In this document: one piece after another, positions 52,108 to 64,000 of the stretch | How the letters are laid out: each line of letters begins with the position of its first letter | How positions within the stretch are numbered: the first letter of the stretch is position 1 | Assembly (NCBI GenBank): GCA_026770705.1 | Contig: JANJGN010000036.1 | Coordinates: 3,906,001-3,970,000 of the forward strand | DNA length: 64,000 nucleotides | Source of the DNA: Isurus oxyrinchus | Taxonomy: Eukaryota | Direction: 5' to 3' | Position numbers and translations under genes: made by a program | Notes under the pieces: model-generated | Told to the model about the DNA's origin: nothing | Database searches by the model: none | The model's input: the letters and a program-made list of their open reading frames with translations, nothing else

Positions 52108-55100
52108 ATGCCCAATATATATGTATCTCTGATGCTCATTTTCCAAGTGCTGCGGGTTTCTGGTGAGTAAGAGGCGGGTGAGAATTTTAAATTTGAATCA
52201 GCCAGAATCAGTTTTTACTAAACTGTAAATGTGATCCAGTGAACAGGTGACGATGTTTGACCTGATCATGGGTATTTATTTTCTGGTTCTGCCAGCAAAT
52301 TAGTGAATAAATCTAACCTAGAATAATTAAAGACAACAATGTGACTGTTGTTAAATTACAGGTGAAGACTTTCAAATCGACTACCTTCTGATACTCTGTA
52401 ACCAGTGGTAATGTCACAATGATCTCTCTAGTTACAGAATCCCAGATACCCGTGTCTCAGAGCCCCTTCATAATGACAGCTGACGTCGGAGAGACGGTGG
52501 AAATAACCTGTCACTACACTTACGAAGTGGAATTGGTGTCTAGCTATTTCTGGTACAAACAACGTGTGGGTGAAGCCCCGAAACTAATCGCCAACCATTC
52601 CTGCCAGGGGCCCGATTGTAGGTTTATTTCCAAAAGAGGCAACAGTGAAAATGTGTTGATTCTGGAAATTCGCAATGCCCAGATGAATGACTCGGGATCC
52701 TATTACTGTGCTGATAGGTATAGCTATGTACCGCTCCTGAAAGGGCCCATACTACTGGTTGGAGGTAAGTGAAATGAATTCAGATCATGCACAATATTAT
52801 AATTTGTTGCAAATTAATCGTTAACACTGTCCCAAACTCTGTCCAGACAGTTCCATCAACAAGACGGCTGTGCTGGTGTTTGTCCCGCCGGGTGAGCTGC
52901 ATTTGAGTGAAACCGTCCCCTTAGTGTGTTTGGTCAGTGGGGTTTCTTCCAACCAGGTTGCTATTTTCTGGAACATTTCCGGCCTGGTCACCGAGGGACC
53001 GAGTGATCTAGGTACAATGGAGGCGGACGGGACCTACAGCATCAGAAGTCACGTTATGGTGTCGAGCGAAACCTGGAGAAGCGGCAGTGTTTTTAACTGT
53101 ATTGTTCAACTGGGGTTTCCAGGCAAATATTGGACAAGGAGCATGTCGTTCCCCAAAGCAGCAGAGAAGCGGACAGGTGGGTTGGTGAACTGTTCAACTG
53201 AGCATTCATTTCAGATTTGGCGCAATTTTTAAGATTCCAAGAAACTGCACTCTGTGAATTAAACATCTCTACATGATAAATAGACGAGTGTGTANNNNNN
53301 NNNNNNNNNNNNNNNNNNNNNNNNNNNNNNNNNNNNNNNNNNNNNNNNNNNNNNNNNNNNNNNNNNNNNNNNNNNNNNNNNNNNNNNNNNNNNNNNNNNN
53401 NNNNNNNNNNNNNNNNNNNNNNNNNNNNNNNNNNNNNNNNNNNNNNNNNNNNNNTCTATCATATAAGAAAACATGTATTCATTTTGTTGAAATAAGTCTG
53501 AGTTACCACAGTTTCTCGATTTGCCTGATATTTACGTGAGAATTCTCAGAATCATAGACACAGCACAGAAAGGAGCCATTCTGCTATTCAACTAGTCTCA
53601 CCCATTTCGCTGTTCCTTCATAATCCCCTTTATAATCCGATTTCCCTGTTCAAAGTTATTTTCGAATCTGCTTCACCCATCTTTTCAGACAGTGGATATT
53701 GGAGTTAAATTGAGATTAGGTCGACACAGAATGAGTTTATGGGAAGAAAGCAGTGAAGAGATAAAATTCTTTTGAAAATGAATGCATCCCCGCAGGGATG
53801 TGACTTTCGTTCAATCTCATCACCACCACCTCGCCCTCTCAAACCGACCGTCCCCTTCTTCATTTCTTGGGACCTTTCTTATCATTCCCTAGTTGGCTGG
53901 TAAAATTCAGATTAATTTTAATTACACTTGGTGATATCAGCAGCCGGATTAACATTAACATCGGGTTATGAAACTTTAATGAATTTGGATTATTCGAAAC
54001 TCTCATGATGCAGGTGATGAATGAAGGAGGCAGGGAAGTTGAATTGGCCGCTAAAAGACGTATGAAAACTTTGGCTTCATTAATAGAGGGATAAAATGCT
54101 GCGGGAAGTTATATTTTATTAATACCTGGACAGAACCCTGCTGGAGTATATTTTTCCAATTCCAGTCACAGTACTTTTGGAAGAATATAAATGCCTTTGA
54201 GAGGCTGGGGAAGAGATTTACCAGAATGGGACCAGGGATCAGAAACTTCAGTTAATGTGGAGAGAATGGAGAATCTGGCATTGTTTCCCTTAGAGCAGAG
54301 AAGATTAACTGAGGATTATAATTTGAGGGACAAGTGAGCACAAAATGTCAAAAGCATGAATGGTTTCCATAGAGGAAATAAGGAGTAATCTGTTTCCACT
54401 GGCAGAAGACAAAGCCGGAGATGTGGTGATTATGTATTCTTTAGACACAAAGAGCCAGCACAAACACGATGGGCCGAACTGCCCCAATGCTTGGGCCGCA
54501 GCTATTCAGAATCTATGGACGTGGGGACGAATTGTAATATTTCCAAATGTGTTGAGGACAGAACTCTTGGTGGGAATGTAATTTGTGAAAAGGATGCAAC
54601 GAGGCTACAAGGGGGATTAGGCAGGCTGAGTGAATTCACAAGAAAATGGTAGATGGAATATAATGTCAACAAGTGTGAAGTTATCCACTTTGGTAGGAAA
54701 AAAACAAAAAGGGTAGTATTTCTTAAATGGTGGGGCATTGGGAAATGTTCATGTCAAAAGGGGCCAGAGTGTCCTTGTTCACGTGTCACTAAAAGGCACC
54801 AAGCAGCTTCAGCAAGCTGCAGCAAGCAACTAGGAATGTAAATAGTATTTTGGCCTTCATTGCAAGGATATTTGAGTATAAGATGAAGATGTCTTGGTGC
54901 AATTGCATAGAGCATTGGTGAGTCCGCAGTTGGAGTATTTTGTACAGTTTTAATCTCCTTATCTAAGGAATCATGCATTTGCCATGCCAGGAGTGCAACA
55001 GAGGTTCACCAGACTAATACCTGGGATGGCAGGATTGTCAGATGAGGAGAGATTGAGGAAACTGGTTCTGCCTCCTGTAGAGTTTGAAATAATGACAGGT

Positions 55101-56312
55101 GATATAAATGAAAGTTACAATTTTTTACAGGTTGATGCTGTGTAGATGAGGATAAGATATGTTTTCTGCTGCCTGGTGGGTCGAGACATCGGCAGCATGC
55201 CGACAGCATAAGAAGCAAGCCATACAAAACTGTGATGAGGAGCAATTTCTTCAGTCAGACGGTGGTGATGTTTTGGAATTCTCTATCACAGAACGCTGTG
55301 AATGCTCAGTTCCTGAGCGTCATCAAGAAAGGTGTCAATAGATTTCTGGATGCTAATGACATCAAGAGATATGGTGATAATGGGAAATTGGCGTCAGAAA
55401 TCGTCTATCAACCATGATCTGTTCAAATGGAGCAGCAGGCTCGACGGGCCGAAAGGCCTGCTCACGCTCCTACTTCCCCTATACCTCCTCTTGTGCTGTG
55501 TCATTCTGCGATTCTATAATTCAGTTTTCAGATAGACATTGTTATGATGTTTTCATACTGATAACACTGTAATTACAGCGCTGTCATTCCATTCATCTCA
55601 ATGAGCGAACAGTGTGTCATTTATCCCATTCTGTGCGTCTACTCGTCGCTATCAGCCCCCCCGGCTGTGTGTTTTTTTTTTTTCACTTCATACCTGCATT
55701 TAATAATCCGGATTTTTCAATGGGCAAGCTTAACATGACAGAATTCCAGAAAATAATGATTTAGACGAGCATCAGTTTCTAAGCATTTTGTCTCTGCAGG
55801 ATGGTGCGTCCCGAAACTGAACTTTGTCCGAATGGTGGCGTCGATCCTAGGGCTACTTTTGACCCTCATATTAATTTCCACGCACAAAAGCGGCAGATTA
55901 GGTGGGGGTTAACATTTGTCGAGGCGATTTTCAGGACTGTTTCCCAATTTGATTCCCTTCTCGTGGTTTGAAATCTCTAATTACAGTTTCTGATTACAGA
56001 AAAAAACAAGACAAGAGATCCCACAATGAAGAGTAAGTAACTGCACCATTTGCAAATTGTAACCCGAACACTCTATTTAGCACTGGATAAAATCTAGTTC
56101 AACCCCATTACTCGCTCCAATGATATGTGCTGACATGTTTCAGAACCTGTCCTGCCTTTTAGCTATTTTCTGAATGACAATGTTCAATATATTTTCCAGT
56201 CTCAGGGTGGAAATCTCCACGCCTCCCTGGACTTGGCTGCTTTGGAAAAAGAGGTCATAAAAGAAGGCTGGTAGCAGATGGGAATCTGGGTGATTTCTCA
56301 CTCATGGATTAA
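52108..56312 (+). CDS. Gene E: type II V-C1-TM receptor, activating-like. Exons 52108-52162, 52432-52764, 52847-53176, 55800-55901, 56000-56032, 56200-56312
   Basis: MPNIYVSLMLIFQVLRVS/VTESQ..EITC..FWYKQ..DSGSYYC/..LVCLVSG..FNCIVQ/GWCVPKLNFVRMVASILGLLLTLILISTHKSGRL. Exon lengths 55/333/330/102 are identical to D. The cyt2 exon is missing and the terminal exon is entered out of its ancestral phase. The C1-TM intron contains an N-gap. Confidence 0.82.
53295..53453. other. Assembly gap
   Basis: N run. Confidence 1.
54560..55480 (+). mobile_element. CR1 LINE 3' fragment in the gene E C1-TM intron
   Basis: MEYNVNKCEVIHFGRK, FWNSL and the typical 3' tail gggccgaaaggcctg. Confidence 0.8.
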
Positions 56313-59300
56313 GAGGGAGACAGGATTTGCCGAATGAACCCACAGCCTGGTGGAAATGAATATGGGACCAAGGACACTCCCATCAAACAACTAAACTATC
56401 CTTGTGCACTGCCCAGAGCGACAAAGACGGATTCCTTTTGTCAAATATAAAACAAGCTGTTTTGCCCACCGTTAAGGATAATCTTCTTTATTCATGTAAT
56501 TCAAGCGTGAAGGAAATATTGAGCAAATACGAGAGAATTTCCTGGATTGTATGAAACTTTTCTTTACAAATGTCACCATGCAAATAAAACATATTATTCT
56601 TCGATGATAATGATGTGTTTGTGTTGATCAATGCAACAAATTAAGTTCCCGATAAAATATTTCAGGATCCAAACCCCCAGAAACTGCCCAATATATCGCT
56701 TTGGAATTTATATGAACTCTTCATTGCATTGCACCGGTTACTGTGAATAAATATTGTGTTATAGGTCTACATGAAGCGGATCAAAGTGCACCAAGACGAT
56801 ATTTGGGTAAAAGATTTCATCGGCAAACCTTCCAATCCTTCCAGTGTAGAAGGTTAAGGGCGGCTCGAATCGAGGTGTTTCAGTAATGTCGATTGAGTGA
56901 AGCTATTTCCTCTGTGTGGGGGGTATGGGAGGGCGGGGCGGGTGTGGGGTTGGGGGGAGTCCAGACCAAGGGGCAGAATATTAAAACTAGAGCCAGTTCG
57001 TTCAGGGATGATGGGAGGAAACACTTCTTCACACAAAGGGGAGCGGAAATCTGCTATTGCCTCTCTGCAAAAAACAACTGAGGGTGTGGCTCAAAGTATT
57101 ATTTTTACGGTAAGGCGCGAAAGAGATATGGAATGAAAGCAGATGGGTCAAGTTAAGAAACTGAGCACGGAAGATCTAATTCAATGCTGGAGCAGGCTCG
57201 TGAGGCTTAATTGCCTCATCAAAGAGTGGCCACACAGAGAGATTTCAGCATCAAGAACCGTTTTCTGTGTATAGAAAATTAGCATATGGTTCATGTGTAT
57301 TGTTTAGGGGGGAGGTGGGAGGGGATGGGTGTGTAGTGGCTACGGCTGTGAGACTCTCTGAAATTATTTAACAAACTGTCATTTTCCTAATGGTTGAGAA
57401 GGACAGACCCTTTGCAGATGGATGAAGTGTAGCAGGATGGCCTTTCCCAATTGTATCTTGTAACAAGCCTCCTTAAATTATTTTGATTGCACCTGTGGCG
57501 AATGTAACTCTTTAGTGTACAAACACGTTTCCATCTGTTCCTATTCAGATGAAGTTACATTGTTTCATAGTTTTCCATTGTGAGATTTGAACTCTTGATC
57601 TTGGGGTTGCAAGCCCAGTACCATAACCACTTGGCTATTTAGGCTAAGCCCTGTGGCCAATGTATTTTCACAGCAGAGAAGCTGATGTTAATTCGGTAAT
57701 GTTTATATCCGTTAGGAACAGTAAAAACAAGGAATTCTCCATCAGATCAGTTTTCAATAACCAACGCAACTCTCCAGCAATCATTACACCAAATGTTTCC
57801 AGTCCAGCTTCTTAGTATTTCGGAAAGGAAAGGTTTCATGGAAATATATCACATCATCTCAGAAAAATGTCATCTCAATATTACTCCCACAATTATCTGA
57901 TATTCTAAAGTGGGGAATGAGTTATTTGAACGTGTGTAAAATATTAATGCCGCCAACAAATCACTCTCAGTCACAGCCAATGGGTTCTGCTATAATCAGT
58001 ATAGATTCTAATGTTTATTTAGAGGTGTGCCACGAGATGTCTTTTTCAGAGTGTCACCGGAAGTTAACTGGGCTGTGGGACTAAAATGCACATACAATTA
58101 GTCGGCACAGGCGTGAAGGACCGAATGGCCTCCGTCTGTGCTGAAAGTGGCTACAATCCTATAATTTTAGTCAGCAAAATCCACTGAAATGTATTATCGT
58201 GAGGGGAGATGGATTGAAAAATAATCTTCTTTCAAGACCAAACGTAATATTATCCACTTCCAGGTCAGAAATAGTGAAGGCTCGGGACCCACGATCAGTG
58301 CAGCTTTCAAATTGATGCAGCAAACACACGCAGCCAGTGTCTAAACTGCCCTGTGAATGCTTGACTCCAGTTCTCACCCACACAGATTCGCTCTGTAAAT
58401 GTTTTTGGAAATTAGTCTAAAAGACACCCTGAGAACAATTGCCCTGAACCATCAAAAGGCTGTCATTATAAACCAATCATTGATTCTCAAATCTGTTTTA
58501 GTATAATGGCAACTCAGTACCAGACGCATTGGAGATATTATTCGAACTATATCTTCCTGATCTACTGCATAAATGTAAAATTGCAAGGACGCCAAACGTG
58601 GAGAAAGAGAGAGAGTGGAATGAAATTGTCCCTCTTAGACTAGCAGTCGACCTGCTGTTTGAAAGAGCTATCCATTCTTCCGCACTCCCCCTGCTATTTC
58701 CTTCATAACCTAGCATATTTTGCTCATTCAAATATTTATCCAATTTCCATTTTGAAAGTACTTATTGAATCTGCTTCCATCGCCCTTTCAGGCAGCGCCT
58801 TCCAGATCACAACAATGCACTCTGTAAGAAATAATATCATGACCCCCCTCTGGCTCTTTTACCAATTAACTTTAATCTGCGCCCCCCCAGCGATCGACCC
58901 TCTTGACAGTGGATAGTGTTTCTCCTCAATTACTCTCTCCAAGACTATCTCCAATCTATCTGAAGATGTCAGGAAACCTCACCCTGCACAGAAACCGAAG
59001 AAGCTCAATGTACGTGACCCAGGACATGAGGCTTTGAGCCCCGAAACTCACAGGCCTCGCTCTCTTTCTCTTGCAGTGAAGGAGTTGTGAAATATGCAGA
59101 CAGCAAGGCTATCTGTGTTCATTACTAGATGTTGTAAAACAGGGCCACGTTAAGCAGCTCTCTGTTGTTTTCCTATTTATTTCAGGTCTTAGTGTTGTCG
59201 AGCACAAATTAACTAAACAAAATAAACCAGCTCTCTACTAAACTTAGTTAGACCACACTTGGAGTACAAAACACATTTCGCCATATTCTATGCAGTACTA

Positions 59301-60049
59301 CGAAGCCCTGGGAAAGGTGCAGTAAAGATTACACAAGAATGATATAAGAACTGAACGGTTACAACTATCAGGAAAGATTGAACAAGCTGGAGCTTTTTTT
59401 TCACTAAAACAAGAGAAGATAGGGGAATGACCTGACAGATGTCTTAAAATTGTGAGATGGTTTTAATTAGACATGCGAGCGAGGATGGCTCAACGTATGC
59501 GGGATTTCAGAAAATATTGCTCACCAATGGAATATATTCACTAATCAATTCAATCGGGCAATCAAGGTCAACTTCTCCAGCCAGAGTGTATGTAGAATAT
59601 GGAACTCGCTCCCATAGGGACTGGTTGAGCTGAATAGCAGAGATGCACTTTGGGGGGAGGCATAGGGGGAGGGCGGCGTTGCGTGGGGTGGGGATGTGGT
59701 GCTGGATGAACATATAAGTGAGACAAGAATAGAATGAAATGTTGGTGAGGTTCCATGAAGAGGGAGTGGATGGAAAATAAAAGGCAGGTCATAGAGTGTC
59801 CAGGCTATAAAGGACTGAGATGTAAGGTATTGCTGTTACTGCTGCCTCCTTGTTCTGCATAAAGAACATGATGCTCTTCTAAACGGCAGGTGGCAGTGCG
59901 GTGGTGTAGCGAGCGGGAGGGGGAGAACTGGGCATGACATTTTTAATGATTAGCTAATAGGACATGTTCGCCTTGAATGATGACAGTCGCCCTGCTGCAC
60001 AAACGAAAGTCTTGTACTTCTAGAACTCCCGTCCTGTCCCCAGAATGTT

Positions 60050-61500
60050 CCAGAGGTCACGTCAGCGTCACATATAGTTGAGAGGAACTAGACCTGTGCA
60101 CACCAACTATGAGTCTGCACCCCATTAAGTGCCAACGTATCAGGTCAAACATGGGCAGGAAAGCTCCTACTGATTACCACCTGTCAATGCCCCTTGCTCC
60201 TCCATGTTGAACAGCACCTGGAGGAAGCTCTGGGAGTGACGTGGGCTCAAAATGTATTGTGAATAGCAGACTTAAATGGTCCTCACCAAGAGTGGCTCTA
60301 AAGAACTACGATTAACCTAGCCGACCTGAAGGACATAACGGCTAGCCTGGGCCCGGGACAGTTGGTGAGTGAACCAAAAGGTGGAAAAGACCTAGCAGAC
60401 ATGGTGCTCATCAGAATATACATCTCCCTGTGACAGTATAAGTAGGGGTTATCATCGCACAGTCCTCGAAGTCCCGTCTTCACACTACACACACTTACCA
60501 CCATGTTGTTTTTCATTAATACAGTGCTAAAATGGGTAGGCTTGGATTATATCTTGGTACCCATTTACAAGCACTTGCCATGATATAACATTCAAGGCTA
60601 TGGGCCAAGTGTTGCAAAATGGGATTAGGTATGTAGGTCACGCTTCGGTGCAGACTCGATGGGCTGTAGGTCGTCTTCTGCACTGTGTGATTCTGTGTGA
60701 TACTGTGTAACTCTAAACTAGGCACCAATGAGTCGCTGTGGACCACCAGTGTCAGCGGAATTGTATCCAATCACAATCTGTAAGCTCATGGCCCGGTATG
60801 TCCCCCATTCCTCCATTACCATCAATTCAAGGAATCAACTCTGGTTCAATAGGGAGTGTGGAAGGGCATGACAGGAGCAACAACAAGCCAACGTAACAAT
60901 GTCGTACCAGAGTTGTGAAGTGACAACAGTGGCCTGCTTGGACGTCAAACGGCAGAAGCATCATGCAATAGATGATATCGCCCTGCAATCCTGCCCAAAC
61001 TAGCCATGAATGGTGGTGAGCAATATAACAACTACTATTATGAGGAGGCTCCACCAATATCCCCATCCTCAGTGATGGGGAGCCCAGCACAGCGGTGCAA
61101 AATCAGGGTAAAAAACAAGGTTGAGAAAATTGCAAACATCTTCAGGCAGAAGTACCGAGAGGATGGTTCATCTCGGCCGCCTCCAAAGGTGCCCAGCATT
61201 GCAGATGCATATTCATAGCAAATTTGATGCACTTGTCGGGAGATCATGAAAATGATGAATACAATGGATAATTCAAATTCTATCGGCCTTGGAATAATCC
61301 CAGCAATAATGCTGAACTCTCCAGAACGACACCGCCCCCAGCCACGTTGTTTGGGCACAGCTGTAACAAATGGCATCGGCCTCAATTTGGAAATGCCCAG
61401 GTATGCCTTCTCCACATAAAGCAGGATGAACCCAACCTAGCAAATTTCAGCCTCCTAACCATCAACAAAGTGCTGGAAGCTGGCATCGACCGTGCTCTCA
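60050..61500 (+). mobile_element. Degenerate LINE of a second family (endonuclease/RT linker), with a short-repeat insertion at ~60590-60710
   Basis: KVEKIANIFRQKYREDGSSRPPPKVPSI and related ORF2-like fragments. Confidence 0.65.
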
Positions 61501-61509
61501 ATTGGTAGC

Positions 61510-63750
61510 GACCAGAACATGGTACAATTTCAGCTTGTTATGGACAAAGAAATAGGCAAGTTGAAAAATAATGTTTTGGATTGAGGGAGAGCGGATCTTA
61601 GTAAAATAAGGCAGGATCAGGCCAAGGTAGACTGGAAACAGCTACTTCTGGGGAAATCTACAGAAGAGCAGTAGGGGGCGTTCAAAAAGGAAATGGAGAG
61701 GGTACAGGCTCAATATGTTCCCTCTAGGGTGGTCGGCAGGAGTAATAAGCCCAGAGAACCATGGATGACCAGAGATGTTCAGGGTACGATAGAAAAGAAA
61801 AGAGAGGCTTTCAGGTACAAGGGGAGCAAATCAGGGGAGGCATCACTGGAATACAGAAAGTGCAGGGTGGAGCTTAAGAAAGAAACTAGGAGAACAAAGA
61901 GGGGATATGAGAAAGCTCAGGCTGATAAAAGTAGTGAAAATCCTAAGATATTCTATAAGAATGTTAATGGGAAAAGGATAACCAGGAAAAGAGTAGGGGC
62001 CATTAAGGACCAAGGGGGAACCTATGGGTGGAGTGAAAGGACACAGGTAGAGTGTTTAATGAATATTTCACATTCATCTTCACCCAGTAGAATCCGGATG
62101 AAAGTATTCAACTTGGGGAGAGAGACTGCGAGGTCATTCAACAAATTGATATAGGGAATGATAAGGTATTGGAGGTGTTGACAGGCTTGCAAATGGACAA
62201 ACCTCCGTCTCCGGATGATTTGTGTCCCAGGCTGCTCAGGGAGGCAAGGGAGGAGATCGCTAGGACTTTCACCCAAATTTTTAATTACTTTCAGGCCATA
62301 GGGGAGGTGCCAGAGGACTGGAGAACAGTTAATGTAGTTCTGTTATTTTAGGAGGGTTGTAGAGATAAGCTGTTGAACTATTGACCAGTGCGTCTCACGT
62401 CAGTGGTAGGGAAACTATTAGAGAAAGTTCTGAAGGAGAGAATCCATCTCCACTTGGAGAGGCAAGGTTTGATCAGCGATTGCCAGCACTGCTTTGTCAG
62501 AGGGAGGTCATGCTGAATAAATTTCATTGAATTTTTTGAGGACGTGACCAGATGTGTAGATGAGGGTCGTGCAGTTCATCTCGTTTACATGGATTTCAGC
62601 AAAGCCTTTGGCAAGATCCCACATGGGAGACTTACAAAGGCGGCAAATGCACATAGCATATAGGGTGATTTTATAAGGTAGACGCAAATTGCCTTAGTTG
62701 GAGGAGGCAGAGCGTGATGTCAGAAGGATGCTTTAGTGACTGGAAACCAGTGTGCAGTGGAATACCACAGGGATCTGTGCTGTGTCCCCTATTATTAGTC
62801 ATTTATATAAATGACATAGATGACTGTGGCGGCTAGGATTAGTAAGTCTGTGGATGACACAAAAGATTGGCCGGTTTGTGAACAGTGAGGGCGAGTGTCT
62901 TGGGCAACAGTAAGCTGTAGACGGGATGGCCAAATGGGCAGATAAGTGGCAGATGGGATATACCCCTGAAAAGTGTGAGGCGATGTGCGTTGGAAGGATT
63001 AATTTGGCGAGGAAGTATTCAACGAATGCCATGACACTAGGAAGCTCTGAGGAACAATGGCACCTTCGGGTGTGTGTCCATAGACCTCTGAAGGTGGAGG
63101 AGCATGTTAATGGGGTGGTGAAAAAGGCACATGGGATAATTGTCTTTATCAAACGAGGCATTGATTACAAAAGTATTGAGGTCATGTTGGAGAACATTAG
63201 TGAGGCCATAGCTGGAGCATTGTGTGCAGTTCTGGTCGCTACATTATAGGAAGGATGTGATTGCAATGGAGTAGGTGCAGGGAAAATACACCAGGCTGTT
63301 GCCTGGGATGAAACAGTTAAGTTATGAAGAAAGGTTGGATAGACTTGGGTTGTTTTCGTTGGAGCAAAGAAGACTGAAGGGCAAACTCATCAAGGTGTAT
63401 AACGTTATGAGGGGCGTGGAAAGGGTGCGGAAAGGGTGCAGCTGCTCCCCTGAGTTGAAGGGTCTGTCACAAGGAGACTCACGGTGAGGGGAAAGAGGTG
63501 TAGGGGGGATGTGAGGGAAAGTTATTTTACCCAGAGAGTGGTGACCGTCTGGAATGCGCTGCCTGGAGGGTGGAGGAGGCGGGTTGCCTCACATCCTTTG
63601 AAAAGTACCTGGATGAGCACTTGGCACGTCATAACATTCAAGGCTCTGGGTCAAGTGCCTGTAAATGGGATTAGGTAGGTAGGTCAGGTGTTTTTCATGT
63701 GTCGGTGCAGACTCGATGGGCCGAACGGCCTCTTCTGCATTCTGTGACGT
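61510..63750 (+). mobile_element. 5'-truncated CR1-type LINE (degenerate ORF2 RT plus 3' tail)
   Basis: Fragments EPWMT, NPKIFY, EVPEDWR, MDFSKAF, PQGSVL, IYIND, KWADKWQM, LSYEERLDRLGLFSLEQRRL, WNALP. Many stops and frameshifts. Confidence 0.9.
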
Positions 63751-63751
63751 T

Positions 63752-63999
63752 GCTAACCCGAGTCATTCACACGGATTTCTCGAATTTCCATAATCAATTC
63801 ATGTTTGCTGTTGCCTTTTTGGAAAAATCCTACAATCGGCCCACTGACAGGGAGGAATATCAGTTAGTATCGGATCTTCACCCAAACGTTGTTCGAACCA
63901 GAAATGAGTAACGGCAGTGAGAGGGTAGTTCCACAGTACCTCCGACTTCGTCTGTCATTATGAAGGGGCTCTGAGACAGAGAGGGCTCGAATTCTACAA
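63752..63999 (-). pseudogene. Gene F: type II V pseudo-exon truncated by a LINE
   Basis: Reverse complement reads VVEFEPSLSQSPFIMTDEVGGTVELPSH..(indel)FWFEQRLGEDP..CQWADC..NDSG*, then abuts the 3' end of a CR1 element. The leader would lie beyond the window. Confidence 0.75.
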
Positions 64000-64000
64000 C

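Noticed and set aside
61693-63678. Functional reverse transcriptase gene
   Set aside because: Fragmented by many stops and frameshifts; a dead LINE.
1-64000. Assigning gene symbols (TRA/TRD/IGL/SIRP/NCR3/PRARP)
   Set aside because: The architecture is suggestive, but orthology cannot be established without a database search and phylogeny.

Overview
Vertebrate genomic DNA, most likely from a cartilaginous fish (inferred from the repeat families and a GPR139-like exon). It is repeat-rich and has three assembly gaps. The window holds a cluster of non-rearranging, antigen-receptor-like Ig-superfamily genes with the layout leader - germline V(J) exon - C1 exon - TM exon - short cytoplasmic exons. 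I found no RSSs. There are two subfamilies. Type I has a TCR/IgL-like FGNG J motif: gene A (1180-6265 +, open frame), fragment B (~10.7 kb), pseudogene C (22.2-26.2 kb +) and an inverted tail fragment at 18.7 kb. Type II has a non-canonical J and an extra CxxxxC: gene D (29113-33694 -), gene E (52108-56312 +), V pseudo-exon F at the window end and an orphan tail exon at 39.8 kb. D has a neutral TM and a YASL tail, whereas E has Arg/Lys at the start of its TM and has lost the tyrosine motif, so they look like a paired inhibitory/activating receptor set. The rest is segmental and tandem duplication, LINE/SINE/Penelope fragments and microsatellites. All gene models were hand-derived from splice sites and exon phases, with no transcript or database evidence.
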